From: Candidatus Daviesbacteria bacterium
GTDB lineage: Bacteria > Patescibacteriota > Microgenomatia > Daviesbacterales > UBA10151
Direction: 5' to 3'
Assembly: GCA_030648645.1 (NCBI GenBank)
Contig: JAUSHL010000023.1
Coordinates: 1-44,903 of the forward strand
DNA length: 44,903 nucleotides
Positions 27,311 to 35,706 of the stretch are shown here, piece by piece. The translations under genes were made by a program, and so were the position numbers. Position 1 is the stretch's first letter, and every line of letters starts with the position of its first letter. A model generated the notes under the pieces. It ran no database searches and had not been told where the DNA came from. It saw only the letters and a program-made list of their open reading frames with translations.

Positions 27311-28438
27311 ATGAATAATGAAGTTAGAATAAGTAGGCGCGATCTTTTAAGATGGGGTATTGCTGGTGCTGTTGTGGGTTTTTTAGGTAGGTCTTATGTT
27401 GAAGATCAATTTAATCGGTTAACGTCGAGTTATAATGATTTGTTATTAAATATTCCCGATAGTGTTAATAACACAGATCAAGAAAATACAAATTCTTTTT
27501 ATGAGCCTTTTGCTGGAAAAGAAGCTAATGAAATTGCTAAAGAAATGGGAGTTACAGCTGGTACCTTTTTCGTCGTTCCAAGTGAAATAATGCCTAAATT
27601 ACAAGGTTTTTGGGGCAATGAATTATTCCCGATTTATACACCAGCAGTTTTAGAGTGGAAGAATTTAATCTACAAATATGCAGAATTAAATAATATCCCC
27701 CCAAATATTTTAGCAATGGTGATGACTATTGAATCTGCTGGACGGCAAGATGCGGTGTCTGGTGCTGGTGCACAAAGTTTAATGCAAGTTATGCCTAATA
27801 ATTTTCCAAGTAATTTAAGAACTGTAAAAAGTATGCAAGATCCTGATACTAATATGAAATACGGAACGGAAGTTTTTAAATATTTCCTAAATTATGCAAG
27901 GATTTTCTATTCTAATTCTTTACTTCCGGAAAATGATCCAAGAATTATTGCAAGAGCTTTAATGGGCTATAATGGAGGTAGTGCTGCAGTAGAAGGTTCA
28001 GTCGTGCCAACGGTTACTGGTGGTACTTTAGCTCCAGACGAGTCTGCTTTTTATGGTGATCATATTATTAGGTTTGTTTTAACGTCTGAAATAGCTTCAA
28101 GATTAAGAAATAAGGGGTTTGCGGATTCGGAAATAATTAAGCAAATTCAATCGGAGGAAGTTAATGGACGGGCCTATGTATTAAAAAAATCTGGATATAA
28201 TAATTATAGTGATTATGCTAATGTAATTAAGGAGTTATCCAAACCTGTTTTAGAGAATCATTCGTTAATACAATTTATCAACACATATAAAAATGATAAA
28301 AATTTGCATTTTGATTATCCTACTTCCCCAGCTTTGATGATATGGATGCGACTTGGTGGTGCTTTTTTAGTTTCTCAAGAGAAATTATATACTCAAAATA
28401 TAGATAATTGGTATAAAATGAATTCCCAAAAACAGTAA
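27311..28438 (+). CDS. SLT-domain lytic transglycosylase with twin-Arg-like N-terminus
   Basis: SRRDLLR plus TM; AMVMTIESAG, AVSGAGAQSLMQVMP, DPDTN..YG, ALMGYNGG. Confidence 0.85.
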   Translation: MNNEVRISRRDLLRWGIAGAVVGFLGRSYVEDQFNRLTSSYNDLLLNIPDSVNNTDQENTNSFYEPFAGKEANEIAKEMGVTAGTFFVVPSEIMPKLQGFWGNELFPIYTPAVLEWKNLIYKYAELNNIPPNILAMVMTIESAGRQDAVSGAGAQSLMQVMPNNFPSNLRTVKSMQDPDTNMKYGTEVFKYFLNYARIFYSNSLLPENDPRIIARALMGYNGGSAAVEGSVVPTVTGGTLAPDESAFYGDHIIRFVLTSEIASRLRNKGFADSEIIKQIQSEEVNGRAYVLKKSGYNNYSDYANVIKELSKPVLENHSLIQFINTYKNDKNLHFDYPTSPALMIWMRLGGAFLVSQEKLYTQNIDNWYKMNSQKQ

Positions 28439-28515
28439 TTGCGTTTTTAAATTCTTAAAACATTCTCAAAAACAAAAAGAAAGCCATTGTTCGAGTTCTC
28501 GAACTCAATAAATAA

Positions 28516-28536
28516 AATCCACCTGGGGGGTGGATT
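28516..28536. repeat. Palindrome AATCCACCTGGGGGGTGGATT
   Basis: Core CCACCTGGGGGGTGG recurs in frame in gatD (42292-42306). Confidence 0.75.
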
Positions 28537-28752
28537 AGATAGGACTCCTAGGGATACCAATGTATATACAGATTCTACAATACAATATTCCTGTTTGGAA
28601 TAAGTACAAGATATCTCATGGGTATATTAAGTACAGGATTTGGCTTCATTTAAGAGGAGATAAAAGTATCTTTGGAATTTATGTGTAGGATTATTTACAG
28701 ATTTAGATTGAAGGTATAAAAGTATCAGAATTGAAATGCCTTATTACAAACT

Positions 28753-29013
28753 TTAATTATTTAATTTTAATTCTTCTTCAATGATTTCCTTTACAGTCAT
28801 CATTCGATTAAAAGTTTGAGAATATAAAGCAATTGCAATATCGATTTTAGAAAATACATGCATATTACCTTTATGGGAACCCGCTTTTACATCAGGTTTA
28901 AGAAGATCTCTTCCTATCATTCCGTTTATTATTGTTATTGTTGTAAGATTATTAAAAACTCGTGTTAAAGTCGCACCACTCCATCTGGGGTCCTTTCCAC
29001 TTAGCTTCCCCAC
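28753..29013 (-). CDS. Small hypothetical protein (start overlaps degenerate REP)
   Basis: 86-aa ORF only. Confidence 0.35.
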   Translation of the reverse strand: MGKLSGKDPRWSGATLTRVFNNLTTITIINGMIGRDLLKPDVKAGSHKGNMHVFSKIDIAIALYSQTFNRMMTVKEIIEEELKLNN

Positions 29014-29080
29014 ATGTCAAGTGGGAGCACACATGTTGAGTTCCTACATTGAGTTCCCACACCGAGTGTGGGAAGCTAAT
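29000..29080. repeat. REPIN-like inverted doublet including REP copy 4
   Basis: CTTAGCTTCCC (29000-29010) is inverted to GGGAAGCTAA; copy at 29051-29074 has its centre inverted (CCGAG instead of CTCGG). Confidence 0.75.
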
Positions 29081-29109
29081 GTTTGAGCCAAGGGGTAGCA
29101 AATTACTGT

Positions 29110-29403
29110 TTATTTTGATAATGCATCCAAACTTTCTCTAATTATTAATTTTAGCCCCTTTTTACCTGAAGTGGTTTTTAGGTATTTTTCTCTTCTTAGA
29201 GCATCAGATTTGGATAGAAAATATTCACAAAAGATTAAATCGAATGGCCTTCTTGGTGCCGTTGCAGCAGATTCACCATTAAAATGAGAAGTTAATCTTT
29301 GTTTAAGGTTAGAAGTATAGCCAATGTAAAATTTATTATCCTTTTTACTTAGAAGCACATAAATACAAAACTGGAGTTTCATTTTTAAGTCTGAAAGAAA
29401 CAT
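29110..29403 (-). CDS. GIY-YIG nuclease (SLX1/UPF0213-like, stand-alone)
   Basis: IYVLLSKKDNKFYIGYTSNLKQRL..H, A.RRE.YLK...G. Confidence 0.9.
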   Translation of the reverse strand: MFLSDLKMKLQFCIYVLLSKKDNKFYIGYTSNLKQRLTSHFNGESAATAPRRPFDLIFCEYFLSKSDALRREKYLKTTSGKKGLKLIIRESLDALSK

Positions 29404-29408
29404 TAAGA

Positions 29409-29469
29409 GCTGTGAAGTAGATCAAAGATCACTTCACAGCCATGAAGCGAACTTTGTTCTGCTTCATGG
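29409..29469. repeat. Two tandem TGAAG/CTTCA hairpins between tRNA-Tyr and the GIY-YIG gene
   Basis: GCTGTGAAGT...ACTTCACAGC (29409-29440) and CCATGAAGC...GCTTCATGG (29440-29469). Confidence 0.8.
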
Positions 29470-29542
29470 TCCTGAGGGTAGGAGTTGAACCCACCTAGTA
29501 CAGATTTACAGTCTGTTGCATAAACCGCTCTGCCACCTCAGG
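29467..29542 (-). tRNA. tRNA-Tyr(GTA), archaeal/eukaryotic type (C1-G72, short variable loop)
   Basis: CCTGAGG/CCTCAGG acceptor, ACAGA-CTGTAAA-TCTGT anticodon arm, 5-nt variable loop, TTCAACT loop, A73, encoded CCA. Confidence 0.93.
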
Positions 29543-29597
29543 CTGATAAGTATTATAACAATTTGAGTATGAATAGAGCAACTGATATACTAAACAC

Positions 29598-32162
29598 ATG
29601 GTATTTAAACGTTTGAGAAGAGTTTCTTCTAACCAATCTTTTGGTAGAGCAAAATTTTTATCCAAATTTTCTAATGTTTTAATAACCTTAATCTTGGGTG
29701 GGATTTTTTTGGTTATTGCAATTGTTTTAATTTTTATTACCCAAGTTCCCTCTCCTGAACAATTATCCAGTAGAGATGTAGCTACAGCTACTAAAATTTA
29801 CGACCGGAATGGCGAGCTTTTATATGATATTTATAAAAATGAAAATAGAACTCCCGTTAAGTTAACCGAAATTCCCGAAGTAGTAAAACAGGCAACTATT
29901 TCTATTGAAGATAAGGATTTTTATAAGCATCAGGGTTTTGCTCCTTTGGGGATTATAAGATCAATTTTTGAGTTGGTTGTTTATCGTCAGATTGAGGGAG
30001 GTGGATCTACCTTAACCCAACAACTGGTAAAAAATGCTTTACTTTCTCCGGAAAGAACTGCTATCAGGAAATTAAAAGAATTTATTTTGGCAATTCAGGT
30101 AGAACGTGCTTACACCAAAGATCAAATTCTGGAAATGTATTTGAATGAAATTCCGTATGGTGGTACAGCTTATGGGATCGAAGCGGCAGCTAATTTATAT
30201 TTTGGTAAGCACGCAAAAGATTTAGATTTGGCAGAGGCTTCACTACTTGCAGGACTTCCACAAAGACCATCTGTTTACTCTCCTTATGGAACTCATCCGG
30301 AACTGGCAAAGGAGCGACAAGCAGAGGTTTTAAGAAGGATGGTAGAAGATGGTTATATAATCCGCGATCAGGCTGATCAGGCTAAAAAAGAAGAATTATC
30401 TTACCGGACTGCTCAAAACGAACTTGGTTTTAAAGCTCCTCATTTTGTTTTATATGTCAAACAAAAATTGATTGAGCAATATGGAGATAAGATGGTGGAA
30501 CAAGGTGGATTAAAAGTGACCACTACTTTAGACAATAAATTGCAGGAAGAAACCCAAAAAATTGTTAAAGATGAAGTAGATAAATTGGGAAGTTATAAAG
30601 TTGGTAATGGTGCGGCTATAATATTAGATCCTAAAACCGGTCAGATTTTAACAATGGTGGGAAGCAAAGATTATTTTGCCAAATCATTACCCGAAGGATG
30701 TATTGAAGGTAAGACTTGTACTTTTGAACCGAATGTTAATGCATCACTCTCTCTTCGACAGCCGGGTTCTGCTACTAAGCCGATGACTTACTCTGCAGCA
30801 TTGCAAAAAGGTTATACTGCTTCATCTGTTTTAATGGATGTAAAAACTGATTTTCCTGGTGGCGATCAGCCCACTTATACTCCGGTAAATTATGACGGAC
30901 AATGGCATGGTCCGGTGCAGGTAAGATATGCTTTGGGAAATTCTTTTAATATTCCGGCTGTCAAAACCTTAGCATTAGTGGGAGTCAAAAATGTCATGGA
31001 TTTAGGATACAGAATGGGGCTTTCAACTTGGGAGCCAACTCAAGAAAATATCGATAATGCCGGACTTTCTTTAACTTTGGGAGGAAGAGAAGTAAGGCTT
31101 TTAGATTTAACCTCAGCTTTTGGAGTATTAGCAAACAAAGGAATAAAACAAGAACCTGTTTCCATTTTAAAAGTTGAAGATAGTAAAGGAAAAACTTTAT
31201 ATGAATATAAAGAATCTGATGGTGTAAACATTTTGGATGAAGGAATAGCTTTTATTATTTCTAATATTTTAGCAGATAACGGTGCAAGATCAACCGCTTT
31301 TGGATCAAACTCTATTTTAAATATTCCCGGAAAAACTGTGTCTGTAAAAACAGGAACAACTGATGAGAAAAGAGATAATTGGACAATTGGCTATACTCCT
31401 TCATTCGTCGTTGGAGTGTGGGTGGGAAATAATAATAATGAAAAAATGAATCCGGCAATTGCTTCAGGAGTGACAGGTGCATCCCCAATTTGGCAAAAAA
31501 TTATGAAAATTGCTTTAAAAGAAAAAAGTGATGAAAAGATTGATCAGCCGGGCAATGTTTCTTATACAGATGTCGATGGAGTAATGGGAGGTAAACCCAA
31601 GGATGGTTCTCCTGTAAGAAAAGAATATTATGTTAAAGGTACAGAGCCAAGTAGCGTCTCTTCTGCTTATCAAAATCAAAAGGTTTGTAAAACAAATATT
31701 CACCGGCTTGCCAATGATGGTGAAGATTCTGATCAAAAAGATGTAATTGTTTTGCAGGAAAATGATCCAACCGGAGCGAATAAATGGCAAACAGGAATTG
31801 ATACTTGGGTTTTAACTGCTCCTGATCAAAGATTTGTTGGAGCAACTAAAGGTTGTTCTGGAGTTCCCGGTTTTACCGATGCCGGAAATCAGGGGGGTGT
31901 AATTTCTATTGTTAATGTCGGAAATGGAGCAAATGTACCCCGGGTGTTTGATGTTTTGGCAAAAACTAACTCTCCTTTTGGAGTGAAAAAAGTTACTTGG
32001 AGTATTGATGGAAGTCAAAAAAATGTCCAAACTTCAGAGCCTTATGCTCAACATGTTGAGTTTCCGGTAGGTGATAAGGGATCACATACAATATCTGTAA
32101 CTTTGGAAGATAACAATGGTGGATCTTTTACTACTTCAATTGGGGTAACTGCATTACTGTAA
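29598..32162 (+). CDS. Class A penicillin-binding protein (PBP1A family) with C-terminal Ig-like domain
   Basis: EDKDFYKHQG, GGSTLTQQLVKN, RKLKE; SATK, SFN, KTG transpeptidase motifs. Confidence 0.95.
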   Translation: MVFKRLRRVSSNQSFGRAKFLSKFSNVLITLILGGIFLVIAIVLIFITQVPSPEQLSSRDVATATKIYDRNGELLYDIYKNENRTPVKLTEIPEVVKQATISIEDKDFYKHQGFAPLGIIRSIFELVVYRQIEGGGSTLTQQLVKNALLSPERTAIRKLKEFILAIQVERAYTKDQILEMYLNEIPYGGTAYGIEAAANLYFGKHAKDLDLAEASLLAGLPQRPSVYSPYGTHPELAKERQAEVLRRMVEDGYIIRDQADQAKKEELSYRTAQNELGFKAPHFVLYVKQKLIEQYGDKMVEQGGLKVTTTLDNKLQEETQKIVKDEVDKLGSYKVGNGAAIILDPKTGQILTMVGSKDYFAKSLPEGCIEGKTCTFEPNVNASLSLRQPGSATKPMTYSAALQKGYTASSVLMDVKTDFPGGDQPTYTPVNYDGQWHGPVQVRYALGNSFNIPAVKTLALVGVKNVMDLGYRMGLSTWEPTQENIDNAGLSLTLGGREVRLLDLTSAFGVLANKGIKQEPVSILKVEDSKGKTLYEYKESDGVNILDEGIAFIISNILADNGARSTAFGSNSILNIPGKTVSVKTGTTDEKRDNWTIGYTPSFVVGVWVGNNNNEKMNPAIASGVTGASPIWQKIMKIALKEKSDEKIDQPGNVSYTDVDGVMGGKPKDGSPVRKEYYVKGTEPSSVSSAYQNQKVCKTNIHRLANDGEDSDQKDVIVLQENDPTGANKWQTGIDTWVLTAPDQRFVGATKGCSGVPGFTDAGNQGGVISIVNVGNGANVPRVFDVLAKTNSPFGVKKVTWSIDGSQKNVQTSEPYAQHVEFPVGDKGSHTISVTLEDNNGGSFTTSIGVTALL

Positions 32163-32225
32163 ATTCCCTCTTGCATTTGTTTTTTACTTTTGTTAGTATG
32201 CCTCTAGTCTTTCTGCCTAATAATT

Positions 32226-32657
32226 ATGAATGAAAGATTATCTAAGGGCGTAAGAAAACATTTCAGAAATGAATTAGCAGATATTAGAGATTCTGGTTCT
32301 ACAGTTGAAATCAAAAGAGTGGAAGGGGATGTTGCTGTAACTCGATTATCTTTTCATTATTCACCGCACTTAAAAGAACTCAAAGACGAGATTGACAAAT
32401 ATCCAACAGGTTCTGCTGAAGGGATAGAATTAAATGTCAAAAGATTTTGGATTGAATATAAGATATCAGATCCAATAACTAGACAATCGAAATTAAGGGA
32501 AATAGATAATTATTTAACATCTGTCGAGAAGAACTATCCTCAAGTATATGCAACTTTAATTCAAGAAGTTTCAAAAGATACAAAAGGTAATGTTGTTACC
32601 AGAATGATAGAGATTCGCAATCAAGTCATGTCTACTGAAGAGTTTAAGAAAAAATAG
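32226..32657 (+). CDS. Hypothetical protein
   Basis: 143-aa ORF filling the intergenic space. Confidence 0.6.
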   Translation: MNERLSKGVRKHFRNELADIRDSGSTVEIKRVEGDVAVTRLSFHYSPHLKELKDEIDKYPTGSAEGIELNVKRFWIEYKISDPITRQSKLREIDNYLTSVEKNYPQVYATLIQEVSKDTKGNVVTRMIEIRNQVMSTEEFKKK

Positions 32658-32660
32658 ATT

Positions 32661-34373
32661 CTATCCAATTTTTATCTCTAAAATAGCTACTCTTTTTTCT
32701 AATCCAAATTTATCTGTTATTCTTAGATGCACTTCCCCTATTTTGCCCACTGGTTTATTACCATCGGTTACATAAAAATAACGCATCGGATGAAATCTCC
32801 CATCGCTTTCTCCAATTGGATCACCGAGTTTGAATATTTCCATGGTTTTTAGAATTTGGTAAAGTTCCTGAGTAGGATTATCAGAGCCATTCAAAAGTGC
32901 AATGCAAAGTTTATATTCTTCCTGAATTTCTCCTGATTTAGTAATTTGATAAGTTTTGCCAATTTCAAAAATGGCAATGTCCTTGTACCCTTGTTTGTAA
33001 TTTTTAGCAACAACTTCCACTAAATTTGGCCAAAGATGAGTTCTCATGTATTCTGTTTCAGAAGACATTGGATTGAGAATTTTTATTAAATTCGAAATTC
33101 GAAATTCGAAATTCGAAATTATTGAAGTTGAATAAAATGAATAAGTTTGCACTTCACTTAAACCAATTTTTACCAAATTTTCTTTTAAATCAAAAATTTT
33201 CTCAAACAATGATTGATCAATTTTTTCAGGAAGTGTTCCTGCTAATTCTTTGGAGGGTAATTTTTCATAGCCATACATTCTGGTAATTTCTTCAATAACA
33301 TCAGCTTCAATACTAATATCTAATCTATAATATGGAGGTTTTACTTCCCAGGCACGTAGGGCGTCCCCTCTTCGAGCCTGAGCAATGGCCTCAGAGCCGA
33401 AGGCCTGCGTGCGTATGATTTTGAAGTTTAGTTTCTGGAGATAATTTTCAACATCTTCTTCTTTCATTTCTATGCCAATTAAAGAATCCATTTGTGATTT
33501 TCTTAAAGTGATAGTTTTTTCTGTATCTTCCAAATCACCAACAATGGAAATAGCTGTTAATTTACCACCCAAACTTGCATACATTTTTATTGCAGAATCC
33601 AAGGCTTGCAAACATCTTTTTTTAGTTAAACCATGCTGAAATCTTTTAGAAGCTTCTGATTGCAATCCTAATCTAGTGACGGTTTTACGAATAGTAATTG
33701 GGTCAAAAATTGCTGCTTCAAATAGAATATCTACTGTTTTTTCTGAAATTTCACTATTTTTCCCACCCATTACACCAGCAATTCCTAAAACTTTTTTAGG
33801 ATCTGTAATTACCAAATCACTTGTCACGAGTTTTCTTGTTTTTTCATCCAGAGTTGTTAGCTCTTCTCCATCTTTTGCATGACGGGCAATTAAGGTTTCA
33901 TCTGCTACAATTTTTGCATCAAAGGCATGCATTGGTTGACCATATTCCAACATTACTAAATTGGTAACATCAGTAATGCAATCAATTGATCTCACACCAG
34001 AGGCTTCTAATTTTTCAACCCATTCTTTGGAAGATTTTTCAACTTTTAGTCCTTCAATTTTAGCAATACAATAAACAGGAATATCTTTTTTATCTTCAAC
34101 CTCAATTATGGTTTTTGGCAAGATTGAATCTTCCCAAATAAATTTATTAGCTTCTTTAAAAGTTACAGAAGAATCTGTAATCGCAGCAATTTCTAGAGCC
34201 ACACCACGCATGGATAAAAGGTCAGCTCTGTTATAACCTTTCATATCCAATTCAATAAAATCATCTGTAATTTCTTTAGTTCCAATAGTGCGAAGAGGCA
34301 ATAGGCGTTCTACCTCTGTAAAAGACACTTTTAAATCGACTAATTCTTTTAACCAATTTTTGCTTACTTTCAT
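32661..34373 (-). CDS. pheT: Phenylalanine--tRNA ligase beta subunit (short form)
   Basis: MKVSKNWLKELV, NRADLLS, DVTNLVMLEYGQPMHAFD, EASKRF, DVIEEI.R.YGY, NPMSSE; appears to lack the tRNA-binding OB and C-terminal anticodon-binding domains. Confidence 0.93.
   Translation of the reverse strand: MKVSKNWLKELVDLKVSFTEVERLLPLRTIGTKEITDDFIELDMKGYNRADLLSMRGVALEIAAITDSSVTFKEANKFIWEDSILPKTIIEVEDKKDIPVYCIAKIEGLKVEKSSKEWVEKLEASGVRSIDCITDVTNLVMLEYGQPMHAFDAKIVADETLIARHAKDGEELTTLDEKTRKLVTSDLVITDPKKVLGIAGVMGGKNSEISEKTVDILFEAAIFDPITIRKTVTRLGLQSEASKRFQHGLTKKRCLQALDSAIKMYASLGGKLTAISIVGDLEDTEKTITLRKSQMDSLIGIEMKEEDVENYLQKLNFKIIRTQAFGSEAIAQARRGDALRAWEVKPPYYRLDISIEADVIEEITRMYGYEKLPSKELAGTLPEKIDQSLFEKIFDLKENLVKIGLSEVQTYSFYSTSIISNFEFRISNLIKILNPMSSETEYMRTHLWPNLVEVVAKNYKQGYKDIAIFEIGKTYQITKSGEIQEEYKLCIALLNGSDNPTQELYQILKTMEIFKLGDPIGESDGRFHPMRYFYVTDGNKPVGKIGEVHLRITDKFGLEKRVAILEIKIG
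33088..33120. repeat. Heptamer repeat (AAATTCG)4+ in frame within pheT
   Basis: Encodes ISNFEFRISNL. Confidence 0.9.
33352..33415. mobile_element. Nested palindromic insertion in frame within pheT
   Basis: GCACGTAGGGCGTCCCC...CCTGCGTGC with a second GC-rich hairpin unit inside; first 17 nt identical to 38515-38531 in thrS. Confidence 0.75.
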
Positions 34374-34383
34374 ATTTTTATCC

Positions 34384-34504
34384 TGTCATTGCGAGCGAAC
34401 ATAGTGAGCGCGGCAATCTCGAATAAGGTTGCTTCGTTCCGACGAATTTCATTCGTCGAGAATCCTCGATTGTAATCGGGATCGCTTCGCTTCTCGCAAT
34501 GACA
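34384..34504. mobile_element. 121-bp miniature palindromic element between pheS and pheT
   Basis: 12-bp terminal inverted repeats TGTCATTGCGAG/CTCGCAATGACA, several internal hairpins. Confidence 0.85.
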
Positions 34505-35563
34505 CTAAAATTTCTCCAAAAATCTTAAATCTCCACTCAAAAATAATCTAATATCACTGATTCCATGTTTTAACATCATCATTCTTCCAACTCCGGGACC
34601 CCAGGCAATTCCAGAATATATATTAGGATCAACATTGCCGTTTTTGAGCACTTGAGGATGTATCATGCCAGCTCCTCCAATTTCCAGCCAACCTGTTCCA
34701 CTGCAGACTTTACATTCCTTTCCATCTTGTAAATGCGCCTCTCCATTACAAAACATGCACATTGCATCAATTCCAACGCCTGGTTCTACAAATGGGTAAT
34801 ATTTTGGTCTCAATCTGGCTTTGATATTTTTTCCCACGATTGCTTTTAAGAAATATTCAGAAAGATATAGTAAGTTTGCCATACTCAAACCCTTATCCAC
34901 ATAAATTAGTTCAAATTGTTCAAAAGTGTGTTCGTGTCTGGCATCGATGTTTTCGTATCGGAAGCATCTTCCCAAACTCATCATCCGAAAAGGAGGTTTA
35001 TATTTTTCCATGATTCTAATCTGAGAATTTGAGGTATGGGTTCGCAAAAGCAGTTTTTGTTTACTGGATTCTTGTTTTTGATCTATGTAAATTGTGTCCC
35101 AGAGATCACGTGCTGGATGCTCTTGGGGGATATTCAAAGCTTCAAAATTATAAAAATCAGAATCAATTTGTGGTGCATCAAATTGTTGAAAGCCAATTTT
35201 TTTAAATAATTCTACAGTTTCCTGAATGAATTGAGTTGTAGGATGAAGATGTCCTTGTCTTTTTTTGATTTCTACTGCAGAAAGATCAGTTTTTTCATCA
35301 ACTAAATTTTTATATTTTTCTTCCCTAACTTCTTCTCTTCTTTTTTCTATAGCTTCCTCTAAATTCTGCTTTGTAGAATTAAATAAGGGTCCAATTTTTT
35401 GCAAGTTCTCTTTTTCTAATTTAGGAAATTCTTTTGGAGCTCCCGTTATTTCTCCATTTTTACCAAATAAAGCCAAAAAAATCTCATCAAGTTCTTTTAA
35501 ACTTTCAGCTTGCTCAATCTTTTTTAAATATTGTTTTTGGATAGTTTTTAATTTTTCTTCCAT
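34505..35563 (-). CDS. pheS: Phenylalanine--tRNA ligase alpha subunit
   Basis: GHLHP, NFEALN.P..HPARD, LRTHTS, YYPFVEP, GWLEIGGAGM.HP.V. Confidence 0.97.
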   Translation of the reverse strand: MEEKLKTIQKQYLKKIEQAESLKELDEIFLALFGKNGEITGAPKEFPKLEKENLQKIGPLFNSTKQNLEEAIEKRREEVREEKYKNLVDEKTDLSAVEIKKRQGHLHPTTQFIQETVELFKKIGFQQFDAPQIDSDFYNFEALNIPQEHPARDLWDTIYIDQKQESSKQKLLLRTHTSNSQIRIMEKYKPPFRMMSLGRCFRYENIDARHEHTFEQFELIYVDKGLSMANLLYLSEYFLKAIVGKNIKARLRPKYYPFVEPGVGIDAMCMFCNGEAHLQDGKECKVCSGTGWLEIGGAGMIHPQVLKNGNVDPNIYSGIAWGPGVGRMMMLKHGISDIRLFLSGDLRFLEKF

Positions 35564-35706
35564 AGTCTTTTGATTTTATCACAAGTTGTTTCCAAATATA
35601 TTTTTAAAATTCTTCAATACTTTAGAACCACCGTAAATGTATGGAAGTGTTACTGATGTATCTCAGCCTACTCATGGTTATTAATTATGGTTTTGGATTA
35701 AAAAGT

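Noticed and set aside
26441-29074. REP copies as a CRISPR array
   Set aside because: Spacing is irregular (hundreds to thousands of bp) and one copy lies inside a transposase ORF.
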